The notes under the pieces were generated by a model, which saw nothing but the letters and a program-made list of their open reading frames with translations, was not told the origin of the DNA and made no database searches. A stretch of DNA of 45,264 bases from positions 1 through 45,264 of the IMG/VR virus record IMGVR_UViG_3300033512_000293; one strand, written 5' to 3'. A program made the position numbers and the translations under genes. This DNA is from a virus. Its lineage: Duplodnaviria; Caudoviricetes. Below, piece by piece: positions 1-7,338 of this stretch (the stretch's first letter is position 1; each line of letters begins with the position of its first letter).

Positions 1-204
1 CTCGTTAATTACCATTACTCCACTAACCATACTCTTACCTTCTGGAATCAATCCAGCGTTTGTCATCATCTCTGATATATCTGTAAAGTTACCTTGATTT
101 TCTGCTTGTTTGAAGTCCATTACGCTTCTACCAGTTGCAGCACAAGTCTCGTCTAGTGGAAACTGTGTCCAGTCGTCAGGGACGATGATGATAAATTCGC
201 TCAT
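1..204 (-). CDS. Hypothetical protein, runs off the window edge
   Basis: Not in the ORF track. ATG at 204 overlaps the upstream TAA (TAATG); open frame MSEFIIIVPDDWTQFPLDETCAATG... continues to the edge. Confidence 0.7.
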   Translation of the reverse strand, partial: MSEFIIIVPDDWTQFPLDETCAATGRSVMDFKQAENQGNFTDISEMMTNAGLIPEGKSMVSGVMVINE

Positions 205-407
205 TAGATTTCCTTTGCTTTGATGCCATAGGCTTTAAGCTCTGCCAATGGTAATATGCTTTTATCTGCCACACTCAGCGTGATGCTCACCCCTTTGTAC
301 ACAAACATTTTGATGACACCTCTAAGTTCTACGCCATTCCATAAATACTTTGGTAGGGCCGTTCCAAGACCTACGACCACAAAACTTCCACTCATTGTAA
401 CCATCAT
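204..407 (-). CDS. Hypothetical protein
   Basis: 67-aa ORF overlapping both neighbours on the same strand. Confidence 0.6.
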   Translation of the reverse strand: MMVTMSGSFVVVGLGTALPKYLWNGVELRGVIKMFVYKGVSITLSVADKSILPLAELKAYGIKAKEI

Positions 408-862
408 GCTATCTCCGTATATGTTTTTCCTGTGGTAGTAGTAAAAAACTGGGTAGGCTGTCCACTATTTGTTTTTACTTCAATATGTAGCCACTCAGTA
501 CCTTTAATATTTTCGTAGATAACCTTACGAAGTAAAGGGCACGCCTTCTTATTACTTATAATCGTATTGAAAGCCTCTTTAATGCTCATTTTAGGTAATG
601 CATCAGCACATAATCCTTTTGTATGTCCACTTGTGGCAGAGCCAGAGGCCGCTTTATTTAATTTTTGATTTCTAAACCCACTTGAAATTTTTATACTAAC
701 TTGTAAGACAGCTCTAATTTCTTCCAAGGCACTTGAAAGTAGTTTAAGTTGTGCAAGATACCCCATAGCATCCACCCTATTTTGTGGAACCAATTCAGGA
801 TGTCTGCTACTATCTGTTATTTCATAAAAAGTAAAGTGTTCACTTAAATTAAAGTCTTCCAT
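404..862 (-). CDS. Endolysin, peptidase M15 (M15_3-like Zn peptidase)
   Basis: LSEHFTFYE N-terminus, SSGFR, SGHTKGLCAD (H-x6-D) and WLHIE zinc-ligand motifs. Confidence 0.85.
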   Translation of the reverse strand: MEDFNLSEHFTFYEITDSSRHPELVPQNRVDAMGYLAQLKLLSSALEEIRAVLQVSIKISSGFRNQKLNKAASGSATSGHTKGLCADALPKMSIKEAFNTIISNKKACPLLRKVIYENIKGTEWLHIEVKTNSGQPTQFFTTTTGKTYTEIA

Positions 863-934
863 ATTTATTTAGCCCCTTCAAGAAATATTATTAACATTAC
901 TACTATAATAGCAAAAATTATACTACTAGATGTC

Positions 935-1132
935 TCAGATGCCAAGGAACTTACCTACAACCGTAGCTATAGCAACACCACACAAACTAATGGCCCATAC
1001 TTTCATTTGTAAACTAGCTTGAGAGGTCTTCAAATCAGATAAATCTTTTCTTATTTCTAATAAGGTTTCCTCAAATGAATTGATTTTATCAATAACTTTG
1101 TACCCTACGTTTTCCCAACTATCATATCCCAT
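935..1132 (-). CDS. Small coiled-coil protein with C-terminal TM helix (XhlA/holin-like)
   Basis: Heptad-like INSFEETLLEIRKDLSDLK followed by hydrophobic VWAISLCGVAIATVVGKFLGI. ATG at 1132 follows GGGGGGAATAGT and is a likelier start than 1150. Confidence 0.6.
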   Translation of the reverse strand: MGYDSWENVGYKVIDKINSFEETLLEIRKDLSDLKTSQASLQMKVWAISLCGVAIATVVGKFLGI

Positions 1133-1133
1133 A

Positions 1134-1730
1134 CTATTCCCCCCATACATTTGCTATATTTTGGTCACTAAACACTTCTTGTTCAAATCCATATCTATGT
1201 AAATATGTTCTAAGTTTTGCTTTTGTACTTTTATCTTTTGTTGTATTAATTATATCAATTAAGGCTTCTACTTCATCGGTAACGTAAATAGCAACTCCTG
1301 TAGTTCCCTGTAATCTTCCACGCTTATCATAATATGGTGCTTTATATGCAACAACATACTGAAACTTATCTTTAACGATGCCCCACTCAAAAAACTTTAA
1401 TGTTTGTTCTTTTTCTAAAGTTAGTTGGTCTGTCCCAACACATATGGTTCCAAATGTCCAATTAGGAAATTTCTCTAAGATAACCCCAACAATTTCCATA
1501 TCGTTCTTACCTATAAGGTCTTCACCACAGTCACTATCAAACAAGTGTTTAGCTAAAGCATCATTTGCAAAAGTATAAACACCATTAATATCCTTTGCCC
1601 ACTGCATAACTGGGGCAGTCTTAGATAAACTATAAAGAAGAATACGGTAGTCTTCGTTCTTTATCATAGCCTCCATTGCTTCCTTCAACTCGGCATTTAC
1701 TTGTATGAGTTTATTTATTTTTTGTTCCAT
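1134..1730 (-). CDS. Stand-alone PAS-domain (PAS_4-like) protein
   Basis: PVMQWAKDINGVYTFANDA...EDLIGKNDMEI...KAPYYDKRGRLQGTTGVAIYVT matches the PAS/PAC pattern; N-terminal coiled coil; no output domain. Confidence 0.85.
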   Translation of the reverse strand: MEQKINKLIQVNAELKEAMEAMIKNEDYRILLYSLSKTAPVMQWAKDINGVYTFANDALAKHLFDSDCGEDLIGKNDMEIVGVILEKFPNWTFGTICVGTDQLTLEKEQTLKFFEWGIVKDKFQYVVAYKAPYYDKRGRLQGTTGVAIYVTDEVEALIDIINTTKDKSTKAKLRTYLHRYGFEQEVFSDQNIANVWGE

Positions 1731-2163
1731 GGTATTCCTTTACTAGTTTCTCAAACTGTGTATTATTTTCTATTGTTTTGGCCTTAAAAGTATAGTAATC
1801 GAAAACAATAGTAAAAATTACTACAGAAACACTTGCAAACACAACAAGGAGCACAGCTCTTTGTGCTTTTGCTTCCTTTGCCATATGCTCAACGTCTTTT
1901 ACTCTTGTATTTAAAGAATTAATCTCAGCCCTATGACTATCAACAGTGTTGCTTATACCTTTAGCAATATTTTCCATTGACTTTGATATTGCCGTCATAG
2001 TTTCAGCTACTTGCTCCATTTTATCTTCAATAGAATTTATTTTTGCAGACTGCTCAATACATTTTGGGGTTGGCCAATCAGATTGTCTTCTGTTCATACT
2101 TTCCGCTTCCATTTTTCTTTTATATTCCTTTTCGGCATTGTAGCTTTCTACAGTTTCAAACAT
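1711..2163 (-). CDS. Coiled-coil membrane protein with a single TM helix
   Basis: Long amphipathic helix, then TM AVLLVVFASVSVVIFTIVF; TAATG coupling to the o-spanin. Confidence 0.7.
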   Translation of the reverse strand: MFETVESYNAEKEYKRKMEAESMNRRQSDWPTPKCIEQSAKINSIEDKMEQVAETMTAISKSMENIAKGISNTVDSHRAEINSLNTRVKDVEHMAKEAKAQRAVLLVVFASVSVVIFTIVFDYYTFKAKTIENNTQFEKLVKEYHGTKNK

Positions 2164-2408
2164 TACTTACACCCTTCAAAGGCTACTTCAAGGGAACTAA
2201 AATCTCCCTGAAGATTAATATAATTTCTAACAACACACTGCATAAAATCAAAATCACTTTCAAATAGCTTACAATTTTCTGGCTCTGTTTTAATTGGTTT
2301 TTCTACTAAACAAGCTTGTGGTACATAAACTTGTTTAGTAGTACACCCACTAAAGAAAAGAACGAGCAAAAGACATGGCGTTAGCACAATCTGTTTGATT
2401 GTTGTCAT
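2163..2408 (-). CDS. o-spanin (Rz1-like lipoprotein)
   Basis: Lipoprotein signal LLLVLFFSG-C, Pro/Cys-containing mature part, overlaps the 3' end of the i-spanin. Confidence 0.8.
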   Translation of the reverse strand: MTTIKQIVLTPCLLLVLFFSGCTTKQVYVPQACLVEKPIKTEPENCKLFESDFDFMQCVVRNYINLQGDFSSLEVAFEGCK

Positions 2409-2670
2409 AAGCGAACTCCTTTAGTTTTTTTATTTGCTCTTCAGTTTTCTTTTTATTACGTTGAAGGTCTTTTAAGGCTCTTGCTGCTTTTTGTTCAGCA
2501 GCCAATACCTGGGCTTTTGTCATAGTTTCTAAGTATACAATTTGGTTATTAAGGTCTTTATTTTCCTTTGATAAATCACTAACCTCATATTTTAAAAATC
2601 CAATATAGATTGATAAAGCTAATACTACCCCAGCAAAAATATAATCTTTAATTCCTAGTAAATTAAGCAT
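2350..2670 (-). CDS. i-spanin (Rz-like)
   Basis: N-terminal TM (YIFAGVVLALSIYIGFL), coiled coil and C-terminal Cys. Probable start MLNLL at 2670 (track gives 2688). Confidence 0.8.
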   Translation of the reverse strand: MLNLLGIKDYIFAGVVLALSIYIGFLKYEVSDLSKENKDLNNQIVYLETMTKAQVLAAEQKAARALKDLQRNKKKTEEQIKKLKEFAYDNNQTDCANAMSFARSFL

Positions 2671-2887
2671 CTGTTTCCTTTTTGGCAAAGAAAGTAATAC
2701 CTAAACCTGTAAATAATGCACCCATCCCTATACCAAAATCTTGCATATTAAAAGGTTGACCATTTACAATAACACCCCACCCCGAAAAACACAATCCTGC
2801 TACCACTACAGCAAATGCAAGAACTTTTGATAAATCAAAGGTTTTGTTATCAATTTCAGTAAACATATGTTGTAGATAAGTATTCAT
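2663..2887 (-). CDS. Putative holin
   Basis: 74 aa, two TM segments, charged C-terminus KKETDA, directly upstream of the spanins. Confidence 0.65.
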   Translation of the reverse strand: MNTYLQHMFTEIDNKTFDLSKVLAFAVVVAGLCFSGWGVIVNGQPFNMQDFGIGMGALFTGLGITFFAKKETDA

Positions 2888-2896
2888 TATTAACCT

Positions 2897-3316
2897 TTAA
2901 GAAATTCTCAATAAACCATCTTGTGCATCGGGAACGGGAAATTCAACAGTAAACAAACCATTAACTGCAGTAATATTCATTCCAAAGTCTAAGATAGCCA
3001 CGGCTTTGTTTTCTTTTGAGCTATTATAAATCATAGCACCTGCAGTAGTAAAACTAGCATTAATCCATTGAGGATTAGTCGTAAAATCTAAAATAGCTGT
3101 CCCGGAATCTAATACAACAGAGAAACCCACTAATTCTTGTCCACCTGCAGTATATGAGGCACCAACAATCTCTCCTGATGTAGTATACTGAGTAGTTGCT
3201 GCATTTAATATAGCTTGGTCAGTATATAGGGCTAATTTATAAGTATCTGTGTTTGTATGAACGCCTGATAATATTTCCTGTGTATAGGAATCGCAAACTG
3301 CTGCGGTAAGTGCCAT
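2897..3316 (-). CDS. Conserved phage virion-associated protein (beta-rich)
   Basis: YKLALYT...YTAGGQ...GAMIYN...AVAILDFG pattern of a widespread phage structural family (recognised from memory). Confidence 0.6.
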   Translation of the reverse strand: MALTAAVCDSYTQEILSGVHTNTDTYKLALYTDQAILNAATTQYTTSGEIVGASYTAGGQELVGFSVVLDSGTAILDFTTNPQWINASFTTAGAMIYNSSKENKAVAILDFGMNITAVNGLFTVEFPVPDAQDGLLRIS

Positions 3317-3325
3317 TATTTTTCC

Positions 3326-3724
3326 TTAGTAAGACATTTGAAAGTGTTGTACATCTGGGGGATTAGTCCAAAACCCTCCCCAACTATTTTTATCATTTAA
3401 AGATTCCCAATAGTTTCCTAAAGGGGTTAGTCCTTCAATATCATATGTTAGTTCGTACTCCCTATTATCGTTTTTAATAAAAAAATTAAAATCAATAGCG
3501 AGACGTTTTAGGTGCTTTGAAGTTTTCGTCCAAGCCTTCTTTTTAGAAGGCTCTAAGGCTATAGAATAATCCTTCTCCACTACTGTATAACCATGAAGAT
3601 ATAGGAGGTGAAGCTCAAAGGGCCTAAAAGCTTCCCCTAAAGTAACCTTTATGTTTAGTTCTTCTGCTCTGTTAAGTAGCTTTACAATATTTTGTAAAAA
3701 TTCAAATTGATGTTCCTGTAACAT
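3326..3724 (-). CDS. Endolysin, peptidase M15 (M15_4/M15C-like)
   Basis: GEAFR, SKHLKRLAIDFN (H-x6-D), WGGFW and DVQHFQ motifs. Confidence 0.85.
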   Translation of the reverse strand: MLQEHQFEFLQNIVKLLNRAEELNIKVTLGEAFRPFELHLLYLHGYTVVEKDYSIALEPSKKKAWTKTSKHLKRLAIDFNFFIKNDNREYELTYDIEGLTPLGNYWESLNDKNSWGGFWTNPPDVQHFQMSY

Positions 3725-5022
3725 TAAGGTACCTCATTATATAAAGCTGTTACTTCAGTTTGTGTAAGTGCTCGGTTGAAGTATCTAAACTGGTCTATAC
3801 TACCACTAAAGTAATAAGTACTATCTGTTCTTCTTCCAATATGTAAAGAGGCCGCAGGATTGGAAGTTGCTACACCCGCAGTAGGAGTAGGAAGGCTAAC
3901 CCCATTTATATATAGAGTAGGAACGTATGCTATAGTACTTATAAGTATATGAAAGAAGTCAGTAGAATTAATACCCATTGTTGCTACAGAATAATCATAA
4001 TATTTACCATTACATAATACTCTTAGGCCATTAGAAAAATGGGCCTCATTCCTTCCTACCCCTAACCCATAAAGAAACCCAACGGATGTAGAAGTAAGCC
4101 CTGTTCCCTTTGCCCAGCAGGAAACTGTGTAGTTCCCACTATCATGAAATAATGAAGAGGTTATTGAACTATTACTGCCATTAAAACCAGCAGCCTGCCC
4201 AAACTTTCCTGTGCTATACGTCACGTTAGTAGCAGTTCCATTAAATACTTCTCGTTGGTCTTTTGCATTATTTTCAAAAGAGTATAAGGCTAATCCAGAC
4301 CCATCTTTGAAAAAATCAACTTTGTCTACATAACCTTTTGTTAATGCAGGGTGCCTAGTTGGTATAAATAGAGAACTATACTGGCCGGCTTTAACATACA
4401 CATTACCCGTACTATAGGTATTAATTAAACTGTTTACTTCAATACTATATTTTGTAGCTTTAGTTAAATCTAATCCTGTTTGCTCAACAATACAAGGCTT
4501 ACTGGTAAAATGAGTAGATAGCCAAGTATAATTATTATAATAAATTACAAATCCATTTTGTAATTTTAAAGTAAATCCAACATATCCATTTCCGTAAGAA
4601 CTTCCAGAAAATTTAGAAGAATCAATAGTATATGTTGCAGTCCCTGCTGAATTATACCAGGTCATCGTAGTAGCATTCCCCGTAGTCCATGAACTACTAT
4701 TTTTGGCACAGTAAAATCTACCTAGAAGATTATCAGAGCTATCATAAAATCTAAGAGTAAATGATGCCCTATCCCCTGCTAATGAGTAATAATTAGCCTC
4801 CATTTCTACCATATTTTTATATATTTTAAATTTAGGACTTTCTATATAAGTTTTAGAGGACCCAGATGCGTACTCATATTTTACTATTTTATTTATAGAG
4901 CCTAATGCTAATTTTCCCCCATCATTATATGCTTGATTATTATTCATAGATAACCAGTATGCTAAAGCCTCAGGAACAAACTTCGTTTTAGTTTTTTGAA
5001 TTAAGAGTAATAATCTACTCAC
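3724..5022 (-). CDS. LamG/concanavalin-A-like lectin tail protein (receptor-binding candidate)
   Basis: C-terminal LamG: LALYSFENNAKD, TGKFGQAAGFNG, FSGSIDQFRYFNRALT. Probable GTG start at 5022 overlapping the upstream TAG (track gives 5058). Confidence 0.8.
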   Translation of the reverse strand: MSRLLLLIQKTKTKFVPEALAYWLSMNNNQAYNDGGKLALGSINKIVKYEYASGSSKTYIESPKFKIYKNMVEMEANYYSLAGDRASFTLRFYDSSDNLLGRFYCAKNSSSWTTGNATTMTWYNSAGTATYTIDSSKFSGSSYGNGYVGFTLKLQNGFVIYYNNYTWLSTHFTSKPCIVEQTGLDLTKATKYSIEVNSLINTYSTGNVYVKAGQYSSLFIPTRHPALTKGYVDKVDFFKDGSGLALYSFENNAKDQREVFNGTATNVTYSTGKFGQAAGFNGSNSSITSSLFHDSGNYTVSCWAKGTGLTSTSVGFLYGLGVGRNEAHFSNGLRVLCNGKYYDYSVATMGINSTDFFHILISTIAYVPTLYINGVSLPTPTAGVATSNPAASLHIGRRTDSTYYFSGSIDQFRYFNRALTQTEVTALYNEVP

Positions 5023-5329
5023 CTTCAAGTCCTTGTAAGTAATTGGCCTCTTGTTCAAGTTTTGTCAAGGTACTACCATCTTCCTGTATAATATCTTGAA
5101 ACATATCTTCTACTAACCAAGCCCTAAACACCCCTGTTTCTCTCTCTTCTACTGGCCCCTCAACTACACGTTGCACATTGGCGTGTTCAGGTTGTACATC
5201 ATATTGAATTTTATCAAAACCAAGGGTTTCTAAAAACTCATCAGAAAGTGCCCTAGGTAATGAGGTTTTCTCCATATTTTTTCGAATACTCTTGATGTCG
5301 TTAAATATTTTTCCTTCTTTATACCACAT
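5015..5329 (-). CDS. Tail-fibre-associated hypothetical protein
   Basis: 104 aa, AGGAG Shine-Dalgarno (SD), lies between fibre genes. Confidence 0.65.
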   Translation of the reverse strand: MWYKEGKIFNDIKSIRKNMEKTSLPRALSDEFLETLGFDKIQYDVQPEHANVQRVVEGPVEERETGVFRAWLVEDMFQDIIQEDGSTLTKLEQEANYLQGLEGE

Positions 5330-5359
5330 GTTTATTCTCCTCTTCCGTAATTATAAATC

Positions 5360-5642
5360 TCATGGTTGTCCTTCGTTGTAAAGTGCGATTACTTCCTCTT
5401 GGGTAATGGCACGGTTAAAGATACGGAACTGGTCTAGTTTACCTAAGAAATATCTATCTGCCTGATTAAATGCTCTCCCTATTTCAATATTACCCATAGG
5501 GTTTAAAGTTCCAACTATAGGCTGATTTTGCAATAGCAACCCATACATTGCCACATATCGCTAAGACTATGAAGGCTAGGAGTAAGCCATTAATCTTACT
5601 CCATATCCCTTGTGTACCTAGTAAGCGATTTAAAAAAGTCAT
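5360..5642 (-). pseudogene. Chimeric remnant: N-terminus of a membrane protein (5642-5490) joined out of frame to a LamG C-terminal fragment (about 5525-5360)
   Basis: ATG at 5642 (TGATG coupling) reads MTFLNRLLGTQGIWSKINGLLLAFIVLAICGNVWVAIA and stops at 5490; another frame reads IGRAFNQADRYFLGKLDQFRIFNRAITQEEVIALYNE, paralogous to the end of 3724..5022. Confidence 0.65.
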
Positions 5643-6034
5643 CATAACTTTAGCCTTTCAGCTTGTATCTGTGCTTCAATATCCTCTAGTTTTGCTTTAG
5701 CAAAAGCATTAGTAGGGTAAAGCATCAGCTCTCGTATGCTTCTTAGTTGTGAGGCTTCAAGTGATGCAATCTTTGTTAGTGCTTCTTGCTTTGCTTGTTC
5801 TTTGGCAATAGCATCTAGTTCAGCTTGTGTAGGTGCTACATAACTATCAGATAGTTCTTTGACAATAGCTTCATCAAGTTCAGTACCGTATTCAAGTGCT
5901 TTGGATTTAAGCATTGCTATGTGTTCAGGGTGTCCACTGAATGATTCACAATGTACTTGTGTTTTAGCTTCGTTCTCTTCTGTGTACCAAGTTGCCTCTA
6001 GCCACTTGTTTGCTAGTTTAAGTTCTAGTTTCAT
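5642..6034 (-). CDS. Putative tail fibre assembly/chaperone protein
   Basis: 130 aa, ATGA overlap with the fibre gene, helical C-terminus. Confidence 0.55.
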   Translation of the reverse strand: MKLELKLANKWLEATWYTEENEAKTQVHCESFSGHPEHIAMLKSKALEYGTELDEAIVKELSDSYVAPTQAELDAIAKEQAKQEALTKIASLEASQLRSIRELMLYPTNAFAKAKLEDIEAQIQAERLKL

Positions 6035-7305
6035 GCTATTGCTCCTTTGATTACGCTATAATTCAATACTACTGCTTCTGATAAAGAACCTGCAGACACA
6101 TTGTTGAGTTGAAAATAAATTCCACCTGCTATTGTTGTAGCTTGAACTTTATAATTACTAGGAAAACTAACGCTACCTACTTTAATTGTTACGACACATG
6201 TATCATTGATTGATACAGAAGAACTATAGCAGTCAAAAGCCACAACACTATTCGCTAATATTAAGCTATTATTCATCACTATCTGCCCACTAGGCTTATT
6301 TAAAGTAACTGCTGTTGCCTTACTTGTGAGCTGTGTTACAGTGCCACCTGAGCCAGTTCCGTAGCCAATACCTGCACCAGTTTTTTCAATAATGTTGCCC
6401 ATGCTTATAGCTTGGTTTACCAAAGTTGGAGCTGGAACTATCGGACTACTTGTAAATGTTTTAATCCCTGCTATGGTTTCATCACCAGGGTCAAAAGTAA
6501 CCGAATCCCAATATGCCGCAGTTCCGTCAGTTCTTAAATAATGTCCTGTATGACCAGTTTGTGATGGGAGTAAACCAGCAGCTCCCATAATTGCATCTAT
6601 TTCTGTTTCAGTATAATATCTATCATCCCAATTAACTTTTCCGGGCTCTGTAAATTCCACTAGGAGAGCCCCAGTGACCTGCTGTTGCCTGATAACAACT
6701 GCACATGCCTGATACATCCCTGAAGTAGGTTTAGTTGCTGTTAAGCCTCCTAACCCATTATTATATAAAATGGTATTAACTGCGTATGTTCCTGTATCTA
6801 GCCCAGAAACTACACCGGTGTTTATTGCTAATCCGTAAGACCCACTAGTGATGGCTGCTTCAGTAATTCCTATTGCAACATCAGATGCAGAGGAGCAAGG
6901 AGCAACCCTAATAGATTCTTCACCAGTTTCATAACTAATAGCCTTTACTAATACACCTTTTGCAATTGTACTTCCTGTTTGGTTTTTTACTTTATAATGA
7001 ACGTGGTCAGCCCCCACAATGTTTGTTATATCATCAAGAGTCTTATTAGTGAAAGTGGCAACTGCTGATGATGTAACTATTCCGGATGCAACTGTGTCCA
7101 CATACCCCTTAGTAGCTGCATGTAAGTTTGCTGTTGGGTTTGCATGTAAAGTTAAAAATCCCGTTAAAGTACCACCAGCTTTTGCTAAAAAGGTACTTGC
7201 AGCTTCTGTACGGGAGTATAGCTTTTCTAAGTTTGAATTTATTATTAAACGCCAAGCAGTTGCACCTACCTCAAGCGTTTCTAGTCCATTTGATAAAAGT
7301 CCCAT
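6031..7305 (-). CDS. Tail fibre protein
   Basis: Fibre motifs LAKAGGTLTG, HAATKGYVD, ETIAGIKTFTSSP, GIGYGTGSGGTVTQ; Gly/Thr/Ala rich. Confidence 0.8.
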   Translation of the reverse strand: MGLLSNGLETLEVGATAWRLIINSNLEKLYSRTEAASTFLAKAGGTLTGFLTLHANPTANLHAATKGYVDTVASGIVTSSAVATFTNKTLDDITNIVGADHVHYKVKNQTGSTIAKGVLVKAISYETGEESIRVAPCSSASDVAIGITEAAITSGSYGLAINTGVVSGLDTGTYAVNTILYNNGLGGLTATKPTSGMYQACAVVIRQQQVTGALLVEFTEPGKVNWDDRYYTETEIDAIMGAAGLLPSQTGHTGHYLRTDGTAAYWDSVTFDPGDETIAGIKTFTSSPIVPAPTLVNQAISMGNIIEKTGAGIGYGTGSGGTVTQLTSKATAVTLNKPSGQIVMNNSLILANSVVAFDCYSSSVSINDTCVVTIKVGSVSFPSNYKVQATTIAGGIYFQLNNVSAGSLSEAVVLNYSVIKGAIA

Positions 7306-7329
7306 TAATTTCTCCTAGTTTCTTATTTA

Positions 7330-7337
7330 ATAATCGT
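7330..7337 (-). promoter_or_regulatory. Candidate late-promoter element ACGATTAT
   Basis: Intergenic, 25 nt upstream of the fibre start; the motif recurs before other late genes. Confidence 0.55.
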
Positions 7338-7338
7338 T

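Noticed and set aside
2663-2887. Lambda S-type dual-start holin/antiholin (Met1 and Met8)
   Set aside because: No Lys or Arg between the two Met residues and no evident second SD or control hairpin.
3724-5554. Diversity-generating retroelement (template/variable repeat pair) or shufflon between the two LamG C-termini
   Set aside because: Differences involve all bases and are largely synonymous rather than adenine-specific; both copies are co-oriented; no reverse transcriptase or invertase in the window.
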